DNA of 62,683 bases, filler included, from Diploschistes diacapsis (GCA_023645945.1; 6 parts of 6 records of this genome joined end to end with filler, not necessarily neighbours in it); one strand, 5' to 3'. Counted from the whole stretch's first letter, positions 13,636-25,608 are shown. The notes: generated by a model from the sequence alone, not told the origin. Numbers and translations are program-made.

Positions 13636-14182
13636 CGAGATGGTCAATATCGGGTTGAACGGGATGCAAGGGATACACTAGGATTTTGAAGGTGGGTATG
13701 TCTCTCCTGTTTGCATGTCATGCCAAATAAGGTCATAATTGCTACTGTATATACTTTGCACGCATATAATGAGTCTTAGATATCATTTAAGAATGCATAT
13801 TATCTGGTATAGGTATAGACGTCTTTCAAGTTGCTCCTAGCAGACGATGGAGAGACATCACGGCAGTACTGCAAAGTCAGACGTTCGGTAATAGTCTAGT
13901 GTTTCGGACTGTTGGTTCTAAGGTGATCCTTTGAGGTCAATGAACAAATTTCTTCGATGCAGCATGAGAGCGACCTCCATCCAAGTTTGATTTAAGCGCG
14001 ATGACGTCCTTCGCCCGAGTCATTGGCGACGTCCATCGAGAGCTTTCCCTGGAAAAGTCTGATGTAGACTTTTGCGCATTTCTCACAGGAATCAAATTAC
14101 CATATATTTGCTACTGTACCGTTAGGGCATTGACCTTTGACGGTATCGCTACCTGCCGTTAACGAAGTGAACATCGAAAGAC

Positions 14183-15373
14183 ATGTATCTTGTATTGCTT
14201 CTCTTCGTCTCTCTCTTCGCCTTATCTACCGGCCATTCTCCCCCTCAACAACCATTGAACCCAAGTCAAAGTCACTCTACTGGCAAGAATGATGAACTCT
14301 TCTCCCTACATAAATCTCTTATCCAAATTGACTCGGTCTCCGGCAATGAGCACAACGTTGGCGAATTCCTAATCACCTACCTCAAAACTCAAAACTACAC
14401 AGTAGAGACCCAGTCACTCCCTCCTCTACCACGGACAAAACCCTCCTCTACCCGCCACAACATCTTCGCCTACCCTGGCACTCACCGCCAAACGAAGATC
14501 CTCTTGACTTCCCATATAGATACCGTGCCCCCATTTATCAACTACAGCGCCCACCACGACTCCTCCACCCACAAAGCCACTGAAATTTGGGGCCGGGGCA
14601 GTAACGATGCCAAGGGCAGTGTCGCCGCGCAGATAATCGCCCTTAACGATCTTCTTTCCTCTAACACTGTAGATCCCTCTGATGTCTCTTTACTCTTTGT
14701 TGTTGGCGAGGAAGTCACCGGCGACGGCATGCGCGCCGCCAATGACCTCGGACTCGCTTGGAAGGCTGTTATCTTCGGAGAACCGACGGAGCTGAATCTG
14801 GCCAATGGCCACAAAGGCATGAGCTTCTTCGAGGTCAAAGCCAAGGGCAAGGCCGCGCACTCCGGCTACCCGTGGCTCGGCGAAAGTGCGGTAGAAATGA
14901 TCATTCCTGCTTTAGTGGCTCTAAAGGGGTTGAAGCTTCCCGGAAGCGAACGCTATGGGAACACGACGATCAATCTCGGCGTGCTCGAAGGAGGACAAGC
15001 GAAGAATGTGGTGCCAGCGCATGCGGCCCTGCAGGCATCGGTGAGACTGGGAGGAGGGACGCCTGATGAAGTGAGAAGCACAATTGAGAAAGTGGTAAAG
15101 GATGCGAATCCGAAACTTGAAGTGGATTTCGGTGATGCCAAAGGGTATCCGCCGGTTGAGTGTGATACTGATATCGAGGGTTTTGGCGTCCAGACAATGA
15201 ACTACGGAACGGATGTGCCAAATCTGAAAGGAAGCCACAAGAGGTATCTATATGGGCCCGGAAGCATTGTGTCAGCACATTCGGATAACGAGATGGTGAA
15301 GGCGGGAGACCTCGTGAAGGCTGTGGAGGGATACAAGAAATTGGTGATGGGGGCCCTGAAGAAGTCGAAGTAG
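14183..15373 (+). CDS. Secreted M20 family metallopeptidase (ArgE/DapE-like carboxypeptidase)
   Basis: Signal peptide; TSHIDTVPP, GRGSNDAKG, VGEEV, FGEPT, GKAAHSGYPW, YGPGSI..AHS. Confidence 0.92.
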   Translation: MYLVLLLFVSLFALSTGHSPPQQPLNPSQSHSTGKNDELFSLHKSLIQIDSVSGNEHNVGEFLITYLKTQNYTVETQSLPPLPRTKPSSTRHNIFAYPGTHRQTKILLTSHIDTVPPFINYSAHHDSSTHKATEIWGRGSNDAKGSVAAQIIALNDLLSSNTVDPSDVSLLFVVGEEVTGDGMRAANDLGLAWKAVIFGEPTELNLANGHKGMSFFEVKAKGKAAHSGYPWLGESAVEMIIPALVALKGLKLPGSERYGNTTINLGVLEGGQAKNVVPAHAALQASVRLGGGTPDEVRSTIEKVVKDANPKLEVDFGDAKGYPPVECDTDIEGFGVQTMNYGTDVPNLKGSHKRYLYGPGSIVSAHSDNEMVKAGDLVKAVEGYKKLVMGALKKSK

Positions 15374-15954
15374 ACTAAACTTCGCTGTCTGATAGAATGA
15401 GGGGGTCGGAATGAGTCTACGCTATTTCAAAGGATTCCGGTAGACATAACGATGCGCATGCAGCGTGCATTCTATGACATTTCTTCCTATTCGGCCACTG
15501 TCACGTTCAAATCAAGCGAGATGTTAGTTCTTGAAAACTCCTCCAGCATGGATGAATCCTCAATAAAACTCCAGTGAGAACAAGATTTTCCACATAGGAC
15601 TAGGAGATTCAAAAGGTTTGATTCATCTTCATCAAGCATTTTTCGCGTTCTCTAGAACAGACGAGGTAACATGTTTCGTCCATGTCGCGCTTCTAAACAT
15701 TTTCGATTGCTACAACAATCCTAATATCTCATACTCTGGTCTACTGAACTTTTCTATTGGACCTTTTTCAACTTGTGGGCGCTGGCTTCGATGTTGCATA
15801 CTCTATGAGGTCTTGGGGAGGTTCTTACGTTCTCCTGCTTACATGATGCACCTTCCCTTGAAACTAAAAGATCTATTTCAGCTATTTAAGATCTATCCCT
15901 CCATCGAGCAGGGTTGACGCTGTCGGTTGGCGCCGGAAGTTGTGATGGGCCTTG

Positions 15955-17070
15955 TCAAATCTTGCTAGGCTGGCCATTGTCGGGCGGGAACTCTATCTCT
16001 TCATGGGGCCACGCCGCCGTTCCTCCAGCCTTTAACAAACCCTTCGCAATCCTTCTCTTACCGTTCACCCCAAGTTCAGCCCCTATTTTCTCGAAACCCA
16101 TCTGATAGTACACCCGGACGTCCGCCCCATTCCTAACCGACCTTGCCTTTTCGCCTTCCACCTTGCCGAGCTTATCGTCCAGCCCATTCAAGCCGGCATT
16201 TAGCGCCTGGTCTAGACTCGCATACCCAAGCTCTTTCCAACGAGGAGGGTTCCAGTCAATGTTGCAATACTCGGACTCAAAGACATCGGCCGGTATCCCG
16301 CCCTTTTCCGTCTGCTTTATCCCATCAAGAAGCGAGTCGGCTTTGAGACCGCAGTCAAGTGGAAGATCATTGCCGCGTATTACGCCCATGCCGCACCTGC
16401 CGAATCTCAACGGGAAGCGTTCGACGCTGCGTCGGCAGATGGCCTGTTCGGCGCCGGTCTCCTCCATCGCGTCGAAGCATGTCTCGCACCCGGCCCGGCA
16501 GTGCTCCAGGTTATTCCAGAAGTTGCCCGATAGATAGATGGTATAGTTGGCAATCTTCTTGGGTTGGCCCTGGGGATAAGGTGGAACTTGGGCGGTGGGG
16601 TCGATCAAGGCGTCGCCCGGAGCGACGGTGAGGTTGTTGGCAAACCGGCCCTCCGGGTATTCTGGGGTGAACGGCCAGGGTGCTGGGTCGAAGGCGTCGC
16701 CGCAGCGCATCACGCGCGGTTTGTTCGCGTCCCAGGCCTCATGGAGGAATTTGGTGCAGTTTTCGGGGAGAAAGCGGGTGGAGTTTGTGCGCAACGGGTA
16801 ATTGGCGGGCGCACGGCTGAAGGGCTTTGCGTGGATGCACCAGGCATTCGCGCCGAAATATTGCCAGCTCAAGTGGTTCACGCGTCCTTGGGCTTTGTCG
16901 TGATGAGGTTGCCAAGGATAGAAGTCGTAGTCGGTGCTGTTGACTAGTGGTGCTAGAGGGTACGGGCTACGGTAGTCCTCCGGCCGGTGTTCATAGCAGG
17001 AGGAGGGTTGAGTCTGGATGGCGAGAGCGAGGAGCTGAAGGAGGAGGGAATGGCAAGAGGAGAGCTGCAT
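15955..17070 (-). CDS. Secreted cysteine-containing protein of unknown family (paralogue A)
   Basis: Intronless 371-aa ORF with a hydrophobic N-terminus; collinear similarity to 18292-19485, including EHCRAGCETCFDAM. Confidence 0.85.
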   Translation of the reverse strand: MQLSSCHSLLLQLLALAIQTQPSSCYEHRPEDYRSPYPLAPLVNSTDYDFYPWQPHHDKAQGRVNHLSWQYFGANAWCIHAKPFSRAPANYPLRTNSTRFLPENCTKFLHEAWDANKPRVMRCGDAFDPAPWPFTPEYPEGRFANNLTVAPGDALIDPTAQVPPYPQGQPKKIANYTIYLSGNFWNNLEHCRAGCETCFDAMEETGAEQAICRRSVERFPLRFGRCGMGVIRGNDLPLDCGLKADSLLDGIKQTEKGGIPADVFESEYCNIDWNPPRWKELGYASLDQALNAGLNGLDDKLGKVEGEKARSVRNGADVRVYYQMGFEKIGAELGVNGKRRIAKGLLKAGGTAAWPHEEIEFPPDNGQPSKI

Positions 17071-18291
17071 GTCTGCGGGCCCTTGCCTAGCCTGGCAAGC
17101 GACAGCAGATGGTCACTTGTGGGTGACGAGTACTTCGTTTCGGACCTGCGAAGTGTGTTGTCAGCTTGAGCTCGTCTAAAAACGGGCTTTATGTAAAGAT
17201 TCTTCGGAAAACAGGAAGGGCGTCAGGCATACCCCCCACTTGATGAAAACCCCAGCACGCTCAGGATCCATCGTAGTAGGATGGTACGCGCACATAATCA
17301 GATGATTATTGAGCCTACACAGTCAAAGCTTCAAGGTCAAAGCTTGAATGTGGCTACACCTCATGGCGATTGTCTGCTCTCGGCTTGTGCATCCGATGCC
17401 AGTCGCCACATCCAAGTACCCTAGGCGGTTGGCTCTATATAGGAGAAGGCGGGCTTTGTTTTCCACTACTCCAAACCGCGGGGTCCATCTCGAGGTTGGT
17501 TCGTCAGTATCAGCACTTCAAAGTCATGCAATACTGGATGTCCGAGTGGGTGGCGGGTACCAAGGTCTCTCTCTCTTTGCTGCATATCTTTCCTCGGACT
17601 CTTCTCACTTTTGCACAACAACGCGTTCGACCTATCGCTCATCTTCGACCCCATCGCTGGTGGGATTGGAATTCAATGGTAGGTTGGATCCCCTCCGAGG
17701 TCGGTCCAATGGTGTAATTGTTCTCTCCTATCGCTGTCTATCTCTTTGAAAAAAAGTTCTTTCAAGCTTGGCGCATCTCGATTCCAGGGATCGAACCGTG
17801 GAACGGCATCTGTCGCCGAATGTCAAAGCAATGCCGGCCCTTGCCCACTTATCCCGCTCAAATGAGCGGAACAGGTGGACCCTACCTCATTTTTCAGAAA
17901 AAGAAATTGCCCAGGTAGAGGTTAGCGTCGATAGCTTGAAAGACTGGACGTCCGGATCCAAACCATGGGGGTTATCGAGACCTACCGTGGTCGAAGAGGA
18001 GGCAGTTCTCTGCCTCCTCGTAAACTGGCCTACCTCGCTATATAAAATTTTAAAGCTTTTTTAATTTCCTCTCCCTCTTCTGCTCTTCTTGCTCTTCATC
18101 CAATTTCGTCTCCCAGGACTTTTGTGATCAGGGATCACGCTCCTGCTCCCACACAGAGTCAAAAAGTAGTCCTCCGAAAGCTCATCAGCAAAAAGGCCAC
18201 AACAAAAACCCAAACCAGAGGGGAAAAAAGGAGCCAAAAAGGAAAAAAAAAAAAAAAAAAAAAAGGGGAGGGCTCCTGCATCCCCACCAAG

Positions 18292-19485
18292 ATGAAGCTC
18301 GCGGCCCTCGTCCTCGTCGTCCTCGTCCCGCTGCTGGCGGCCGCCATCCCGATGGAGCAAACCGTCCAGTCGGCGCAGGGCAGGCAGGACACGCAGAGCA
18401 ACCAAAGCGCGGCGGCCTTCTGGCCCGGGGCGCTCGCGATGGAGCCCTGGGTCGCGCCGCTCTCCTTCCTGGCGCCCATCTTCGGCTTCGCCATCTCCAT
18501 CGTCGCCACCCTCCTCGGCACCGGCCAGATCCGGACGCGCTCGCCCGGCCCCGAGCCCGAGGCGGACCCGCCGGCCATAAACTGGACCTTCGACCCGCTC
18601 GCCAACGTGCCGCACTACCCCTGGACCCCGCGCCACGACATCAACCGGCCGAACCACCAGACGTGGAACGCCTCGGTCGACTTCGCCTACTGCCTGCACG
18701 TCCGGCCCGGGACGCGCGACCCCATGGCGGGCGTCACGTCCGCGGTCGGCGGCCGCACCTACCTGCCGCAGAACTGCACGACCATGCTGCACCTGGGCCG
18801 CGGGGGCGAGAACAACCCGACGAGCCTGCACAACGTGCTGCCGTGCGGCGAGGTCGCGGCGGGCGGCGACGTGCACGGCCGCAACGGGACCATCGTCTAC
18901 AAGACGCTCAAGGTCTATCTGGCGACGGACCAGTGGCACAACGACGAGCACTGCCGGGCGGGCTGCGAGACGTGCTTCGACGCCATGGCCGAGTTCGGCG
19001 CCGAGCAGGCCGTCTGTCGGCGGGCGATCAAGTTCGGGGCCAAGTGTGCCATGGGCGTGGTTAGCGGGGAGCCGCCGGTGGATTGCGGCGGGAAGCATGC
19101 GCTGAAGGACAACGTGGGGGGAGGGAAGAGCGGGTGCAAGTTGAAGTGGGATGTGCCGCGGTGGATCGAGATGGGGTACAGCAGCTACGACCAGGCCATG
19201 TTTTCTGGCTTGGAGAAGGAGGCCTTTAGCTACGAGAGCGCGCTGAGGACGGACGGGGACATCAGGGCGTATTATGTCAATCGGCTGCCGGAGGTGGGGG
19301 CAGAGGTGCATGGGGGTTGGGGGAAGAAGCAGGTGCTGAGGCATTTGCTGCAGGGGCAGACCGATACGGAGTTGGAGGAAGGGTGGTTGTGGTGGTTGAG
19401 GAAGGGGAACTGGGATAAGAGGGACCGGTCGAGAGAGCTGGAAAGCCCGCAGACCGAGAGCGTGGGGCCAGCGAAGGCGACATAG
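18292..19485 (+). CDS. Secreted cysteine-containing protein of unknown family (paralogue B)
   Basis: Start MKLAALVLVVLVPLLAAA (signal peptide) at 18292; extra hydrophobic segment; strong GC3 bias; shares motifs with paralogue A. Confidence 0.85.
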   Translation: MKLAALVLVVLVPLLAAAIPMEQTVQSAQGRQDTQSNQSAAAFWPGALAMEPWVAPLSFLAPIFGFAISIVATLLGTGQIRTRSPGPEPEADPPAINWTFDPLANVPHYPWTPRHDINRPNHQTWNASVDFAYCLHVRPGTRDPMAGVTSAVGGRTYLPQNCTTMLHLGRGGENNPTSLHNVLPCGEVAAGGDVHGRNGTIVYKTLKVYLATDQWHNDEHCRAGCETCFDAMAEFGAEQAVCRRAIKFGAKCAMGVVSGEPPVDCGGKHALKDNVGGGKSGCKLKWDVPRWIEMGYSSYDQAMFSGLEKEAFSYESALRTDGDIRAYYVNRLPEVGAEVHGGWGKKQVLRHLLQGQTDTELEEGWLWWLRKGNWDKRDRSRELESPQTESVGPAKAT

Positions 19486-20799
19486 AGTGATGAGGAGAAG
19501 GAGAACCACAAGGTGGGGTGGGTTAATGGAGCTCCAGGGGGTCGACGGTGGTTGGTACTGTGGGAGGACGTTGTCGGGTACGGAGTCGAGGAACTAGAAT
19601 TACTGAATGTAATCAGTCAGTTTAGAAAAGAACGTAATAGAGAACTCTTCGAATTACATCTCTCCGGCCGAACAATTCGATACTTTATCTCCATGCGGAC
19701 GAATTTTCCCTAATGTCAATGGGGACTTTGCCAATGAAGTATTGCCAAGGGGGTTCGCGCACATTAGTACGAGGCAGAACAAAAAAAGCCTTTCTCTGCT
19801 GTAACTTCGGTTCATGATTTCGACGGAGGTACCACCGGTATGTTGATTGATGAGAATAGCATGGAATAAGCTAAAGTCCGGGGGTTTTATGCGCATCATT
19901 GGGCACAAAAAAGTAAGACGGCTAAGCAAAAAGAACCTCAGAGCCGCGTTGTTTTTCCGAGTGATAACGACCATGGGGAGTCATAACACAGGGAAAAAAA
20001 ACATGAGCGACCTTGGGACACACATAGGCCTTAGCTCTTGCCTTGATGACGACGTCCTTGTATCATCAGAAGTAGCCGGAGGTTGCCCCGAGACAAGGCT
20101 GGGACCGGTGACACGATCGGTGCTTTGCCATCTCATCCTATTCGTTGCCATAGAAAGCAATACAACTGTGGGTAACTAAACCAACCGGCAAGTTGTCCAT
20201 GATGAACCCCCTCTCCCCCCTTTCCAATTCCGACCTGTCAACTCTCTGCCAACCAAACTCGGAACAGCATGCACGCTAGAGGCCTATCTAAACGCATAAA
20301 GGGTATCTTCTGTCCAATCATATCAATGAAACCAAGCAACGTAGGAACAGCAGCGCAAGATAAGACTGGTTGAAATATCTGGATGCAGATCCCGCGACTT
20401 CGTGTACTGCAGGATCGTTCGGGCTAATCGTCAGTTTCCGTCATGGATCCCAAAGGATAAAAGGTGGAATGCACATGTCGATGGGACAACAAGGTCTTCG
20501 GTTAGCGAATTCCCCACCCCTCTTCAATGCTAGGAGATTTTAGGACATGCGTGCGAATGATAGGCCAATGCCGGGCCAACTTCCGGGCTCTTCCCAGTTG
20601 TCTGACTGAAACGTTGTGCAAAAGATCGGATAAGTGTTGAGAACCCGTGCTTGTTTGATCGCTGCGCGCGAAACAGGGTACGGAGAGGACCTCATTTGCG
20701 CTCTCGACGAGTGAAACACCAGGAGGGACGACTGGAGAGAGCAGCAGACCTTGCAGGGTTTTAATTCTCCGTTTGCAGCGACGCTTTAAAAAGGTCCCA

Positions 20800-22787
20800 T
20801 CATCGTTTATCAACCGCTTCTTTGCCATCGTCTTGCTGCCGATCCATCATGCGCCCGGCAAGCGCCAGCACTGACAGAGAATCCAGTTGTGACATTCGAT
20901 CTTGCGCCCCGAGAGCCTGTCCAAGTGGGAATGGATGTGCATGACTCGGTGCATGAAGAGGATTATGGGTGGATATTGATTGCAGATGTGGACCAGGGTC
21001 CGAAGGTTGGTCCATGTGGGCCGAATGCGACCTGGGACGAGATTCGTCCCTACGACCCTCTCCAGCTATGGAAAGGTGACGCAGCGCCTTGGGATACTCT
21101 GTAGCTCGTCAACATTGTGCGAGACTGGAACTGCTGGTTCATACCAGGTCGAGCGAGGGTCGTACCGCAGAATTCTGACATCGCCTTGGGCATCGTGGCT
21201 GACGTGGCTGATGGCTTTGCCAAATCCAAAAGTGGCTGGCCGGTCAGAGGCTTCGTCAACAGGTTTGCAGGTGGTGGAAGGGATCGCTTTGGCCAGACGT
21301 CCTCGGCCGGCGTCAGTGGGGTGAACGCCGTCGAAGCGCCGCTACCTCCAGAGATATTTGACGAATTCGACGACTTGGAAGTATCGTGTCGCAGAAACGA
21401 AGCTGGAGAATGAGCCTCCGATCGCCGAGGATTCGAACTGAACGATGAGCCAGGTTCGCTCGGCATATGGGGAACGCGGTGCGGGATAGCTGCATCTCGT
21501 GGCTCCAGTGGTAGGATCCTCGGTAAACCTTGAGGTCTTGGAGGCTCGATACCACGCGAGACCTGGGCGGTTTGGCTGGGGAGCGGCTGCTTCGCGCTAG
21601 CGGAGACTGGTGTTGACGGGTAAGAGGATTGCGAGCCTTCGGCTGGGATGCCGGAACTGAATCGCGGCACTGAACCGGTGGGCGAGTTGAGGGAACTGTT
21701 CGATGGAGAATACCCAGATATGCTTATAGAATCTTTGCGATGGCACCTAGGGTTGCTTGTCTCTTTCGCGAGACCCGTCATGCTTGAGGCGCTGCCACTG
21801 CTCGCATTACTTACTTCAGTTTCAAGTTTCAGCCGTTTCCCTTCTGGCACACAATAAGCAATGCCCGAATAACGCGCCAGATGGCATGCACCTACCCGAG
21901 GGGTTTTGCGCGTTCCGTGCCTTGAAATCTCCCAGATATCGTACATAGTCGCGATACTGGCTGGTGCACTTGTACTTTGCGAGTTCGGCATTGTAGACTT
22001 CTTTGGCCGCAGCGGCTTGGCTTTCGTACCGCTCCTTCTCCCCGGGCCCCAACTCTTGCCATTTTTCCCCGACCGATTTCGCGATTTCGGTGAACGAGAG
22101 TTTGAGCGGGCGAAGTTCCTCTCGTATTTCTGAGGGGGATGGTCAGAGAACCAATCTCGTTTTCAGAAGGCTGGGATCTTACTGTTGGAAAAGATGACAT
22201 AGGCCGAGGGCGCTCGCTCCGGGGCATTCTCGTCTGGCTGGATATGGGTCAGGTTCTGCAGGACAAGATGGTATGAGGAGCAAGGATGCTAAAGCTTGTT
22301 GAACGTCGGATGCCTTACCTTCGGATGGCGCCGGTACTTCCTCTTCAGATGACCCGACACGGAGCTCTTACCCTCTCCATGACTTGTTGTCGATTTAGTA
22401 TCCGAGTCGAGTTGTTGAATATCGTCAGCAGAGGTTGTGCGCGAACCACCGTCGATGACCTGTTGGATGCTGATCCCTCGTGCATGGGCGATTTCCCTTT
22501 GTAGCTTCTGGAAGCAACTCAGTATCGAAGACTCAAAGGCCGAAAAGCGAATGCTGCATCAGAAAACCAAGCAGGTATTTCCTTACCCTTCGATGACCGA
22601 GCTTTACGTTGAGAGCCTCACTAATCCACAGTCAGTAGGAGGAAACATACTTTTGCCAGGGAAGACCTCACAGGTCCGACTCTATAATACAAAGGACCGT
22701 TTCCCATGTGTCAAACCCTTCGTTAAGAAAACTTTCGGTATATTGTTGAAGCCCAAGCCGCTCGAAGATGTGAACAAGGTCAGTCAT
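20800..22787 (-). CDS. SAM-domain + HMG-box transcription factor (multi-exon)
   Basis: Exon 1 MTDLVHIFERLGLQQYTESFLNEGFDTWETVL, then EALNVKLGHRR/KLQREIA (SAM); KRKYRRHPK/PDENAPER..SAYVIFSN...LSFTEIAKSVGEKWQ...EKERYESQA (HMG box); C-terminal LSVLALAGRMMDR. Confidence 0.85.
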
Positions 22788-23717
22788 ATACGAAAAGCTT
22801 CGGTAGGATCACAGAGCAATCCTTGAACGATTGTGGCTGGATGTTGCCGGCGATTGCTGTGTCTCGGCCTATTCCAAATGGCACCTGTGCTCCATGAAGC
22901 AACAGCGAATGCTCCTTGTCAACTCCACTGAACCACCTTTCAGAACAAACCCGTACGCTATCAAGCGAAGTTACCGTTGGGATGTCCGGGATTCATAAGG
23001 CGCACGTGTGGTTAGGTTCGAGTACTGAAGTCCGCGGTTGGAGTTGATGACCTCTCAAGACCTTGTTCGCCGCTCGCTTAGGCCACAGATCGCTGTTCTT
23101 CAGTAACTCAGTTCCCAGTTGCAAGTTCGATGGTGCGAGCTTGGTATGAGGTTGTGCTGCAGTCGGTCCGAATAGAGGTAGGTAGGTAGGCAGTCAGGTA
23201 GGGGTAGCTTTTTTCCGGATACGCTTGTGTAAAGGGTTAGCGGTTTGTAGTGAAGTGGCAATTGATGTATTGGATGAACGGCATTTGTAAATATATAGAA
23301 ATCATTTGTGGCAACTTGAAAGACATTTGGGGGTTTCTCCAGGATGCAGCATGTGGTGCCGAAAGCGATATTCGGGCGCAGCGTCAAGTCTGGAAGATCA
23401 GACAGAACAGGCTATGGAACCTAAAATTTGGCAGCCATCGGAGGAGTACGACGTGCGAGTTGAATCGAAGATGAGGCCGAGCGAAGGGGAAAAGAGACAT
23501 GTTGAACGAATGACAAGAGTAGAATGGGGTCTTGTATACAGGGATCGATTGGGAGCTTTACAACGTACCACCAACTTGCAAACGATGATGGAATCTCTGA
23601 AAGTACTAGATACTACAAGTACTTTTTGATCGGTAGGTCTTGGCTCTGGTCCGCACTAGTATTTCGTCCCGGCACTGATGAAAAGGGCTTAGTCCCGCCA
23701 AGATCTTTTATTCTTTT

Positions 23718-23722
23718 TGTTC

Positions 23723-23752
<30 letters not shown>
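23718..23752. repeat. (TTTC)n microsatellite
   Basis: Direct reading of the sequence. Confidence 0.8.
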
Positions 23753-23753
<1 letters not shown>

Positions 23754-24761
23754 TCGCTTTTCCCAGAGGGCCCAGAATCAGGCTCATGTCCAGTCTCTTG
23801 GGTATGGGTACAGATGGCTATCCTCAGTCGAAATGCAGCGGTGTGTGCCGTAGTCGGCGAACTTCTGAGAGGGCAATGTAGGTGGAAATGGCTCTTGCCA
23901 CTCCGTTGCAACGGGTCCCGTATCTTGCTTGGTCTGGAATCGGAGATCTGGCATACATTCCCCTCCCGCGTTCCTGGCAGAACGCGCGCCGGATCAACTC
24001 CAGAAGAGGTAGGTATGCTTTGCTGTGAGCTTCGGATGGTCAGGTTGGATGAGGAAGTCATGAAGATACCATGCCTACTAGATCTTCTTTCGCAGGAGCG
24101 TTCCTTGAGGCCTACCAGAAGAGATAAAGGCAAGGATCATCTAGCAACATAAGGCTCATCTTAATATGACTTTTCAACATTGTACAGAGTAGGTGTGGTT
24201 CAACCTCGCGATGGGGCAGAGATGGCTCGGTCCTGGGCTTCTGTTGGGACTCGAAGTGAGAAATGTATGGGCTAGAGCGAAGTTTGAAAGCCCCCTGGCG
24301 GCTCTGCCAGCCAGCCCCAGCCCGATGTTGGTCAGCCAGTTGGAGCTACCAGAAAAAAGGTTAATGCATAGTATCTATCCATCTCCATCGCGATCTGACA
24401 TGTCTTGGCGGTCGAAAAGACACGATTCATAGGCGCTGGGCATGATGGTCGATGGCAAACCGGCATTGGGGCAAAAGATGGGAAAAGGGAGAAAGGGAGA
24501 AAGGGAAGGGGCTTGTGGGGGGATTTTCAATTTTCATCGATCCGTCGGCCAAACCTCGATGTTCGCCCAGCAAATAACGTCATGTCTCCGTTGTTTCGCT
24601 CTCGCCACCTCCAGATTCTGAATTGCCCCAACACGAAGGGAAAAGGGAAAGTACTAGGTACCTTGGTATTATGAGGGGCATAGAAAGCGCACACGGTAAC
24701 TTGAAGAAGCCTTGAAGAGGGGACCTACCTACTTTTATCTGTCAGCTCCCATATACAATAT

Positions 24762-24806
24762 ACCATATCCCCATATCCCATATCCCATATCCCATATCCC
24801 ATAACC
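24762..24806. repeat. (CCCATAT)n tandem repeat
   Basis: About 5-6 units read directly. Confidence 0.85.
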
Positions 24807-24867
24807 ATAACGTGCTGTCCCGCTCGGTTTCTGTTTCTCCGCCGTCGGCTCTATCCGGAAAGCTTGG

Positions 24868-24981
24868 TACATACTGTACTGTACTATACTGTACTGTACT
24901 ATACTGTTCTGTACTGTACTTCACTGTGCTGTACTGTACTGTTTCTGTACTGTACTTCACTGTACTCGACTGTACTGTACT
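24868..24981. repeat. Imperfect (GTACT)n pentanucleotide repeat
   Basis: About 110 bp of ACTGT/GTACT units. Confidence 0.9.
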
Positions 24982-25508
24982 CCCACGTGTTTGGCTTGGT
25001 GTCGGCACTCCTGAAGAACCACCCTCAGTCAGCGCCTTCTAGAACGATATCCCTCCAGTACCTAGCGTTTCAACGGCCCCTACCTAACCGAATTCTTTCT
25101 TGCAGCATGGCGTGCATCTTATCCTGGCCTATGATCACAACCCACACTGAAGCTCAGACCAGTGATCTAGAACACAGTCAAAGCACCACAACGCCCCCCA
25201 GCATAAGCTCAATGAAGTGAGTCCTCCGCCGCCACCTCGATGAAGCTCAGTTCCAGCCTTGCATCGACTCCTTCATCCACCACCAGCACATCCTCCCAAC
25301 CGGCCCCCCTCGGACTATACACCAACTACCAGCCGACAAAAAAACCCACTGCCATCCAGCTTTACCCACGGGAACAAAAAGCCAAACAAAACCACACGCC
25401 ACCCTCAAAACTCCCCTTCCACCTCCATACCTATCCGACATATCCGACACCGCTCAAATCATCTTCCACTCGCCCCACCTCACCTCCGTTCCGCACTAGC
25501 ACATCCCC

Positions 25509-25608
25509 NNNNNNNNNNNNNNNNNNNNNNNNNNNNNNNNNNNNNNNNNNNNTTAATTAATTAANNNNNNNNNNNNNNNNNNNNNNNNNNNNNNNNNNNN
25601 NNNNNNNN
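25509..25608. other. Artificial contig spacer N44-TTAATTAATTAA-N44
   Basis: Identical 100-bp linker with stops in all six frames. Confidence 0.97.

Noticed and set aside
18124..18291. Lys-rich N-terminal extension in the ORF track
   Set aside because: Comes from a poly(A) tract and a GTG start; the real start is the signal-peptide ATG at 18292
18061..19509. 482-aa antisense ORF
   Set aside because: Shadow of the GC3-rich sense gene; only the sense protein matches its paralogue
21822..22340. MAT1-2-1 mating-type HMG gene
   Set aside because: The box is of the KRKYRRHPKPDENAP type with an N-terminal SAM domain, and APN2/SLA2 are not nearby
24742..25220. ORFs with CTVLY/STVQY repeats
   Set aside because: Translations of the (GTACT)n microsatellite
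25553..25564. Recurrent TTAATTAATTAA as a biological motif
   Set aside because: Always centred in 100-bp N linkers, so it is an assembly artefact
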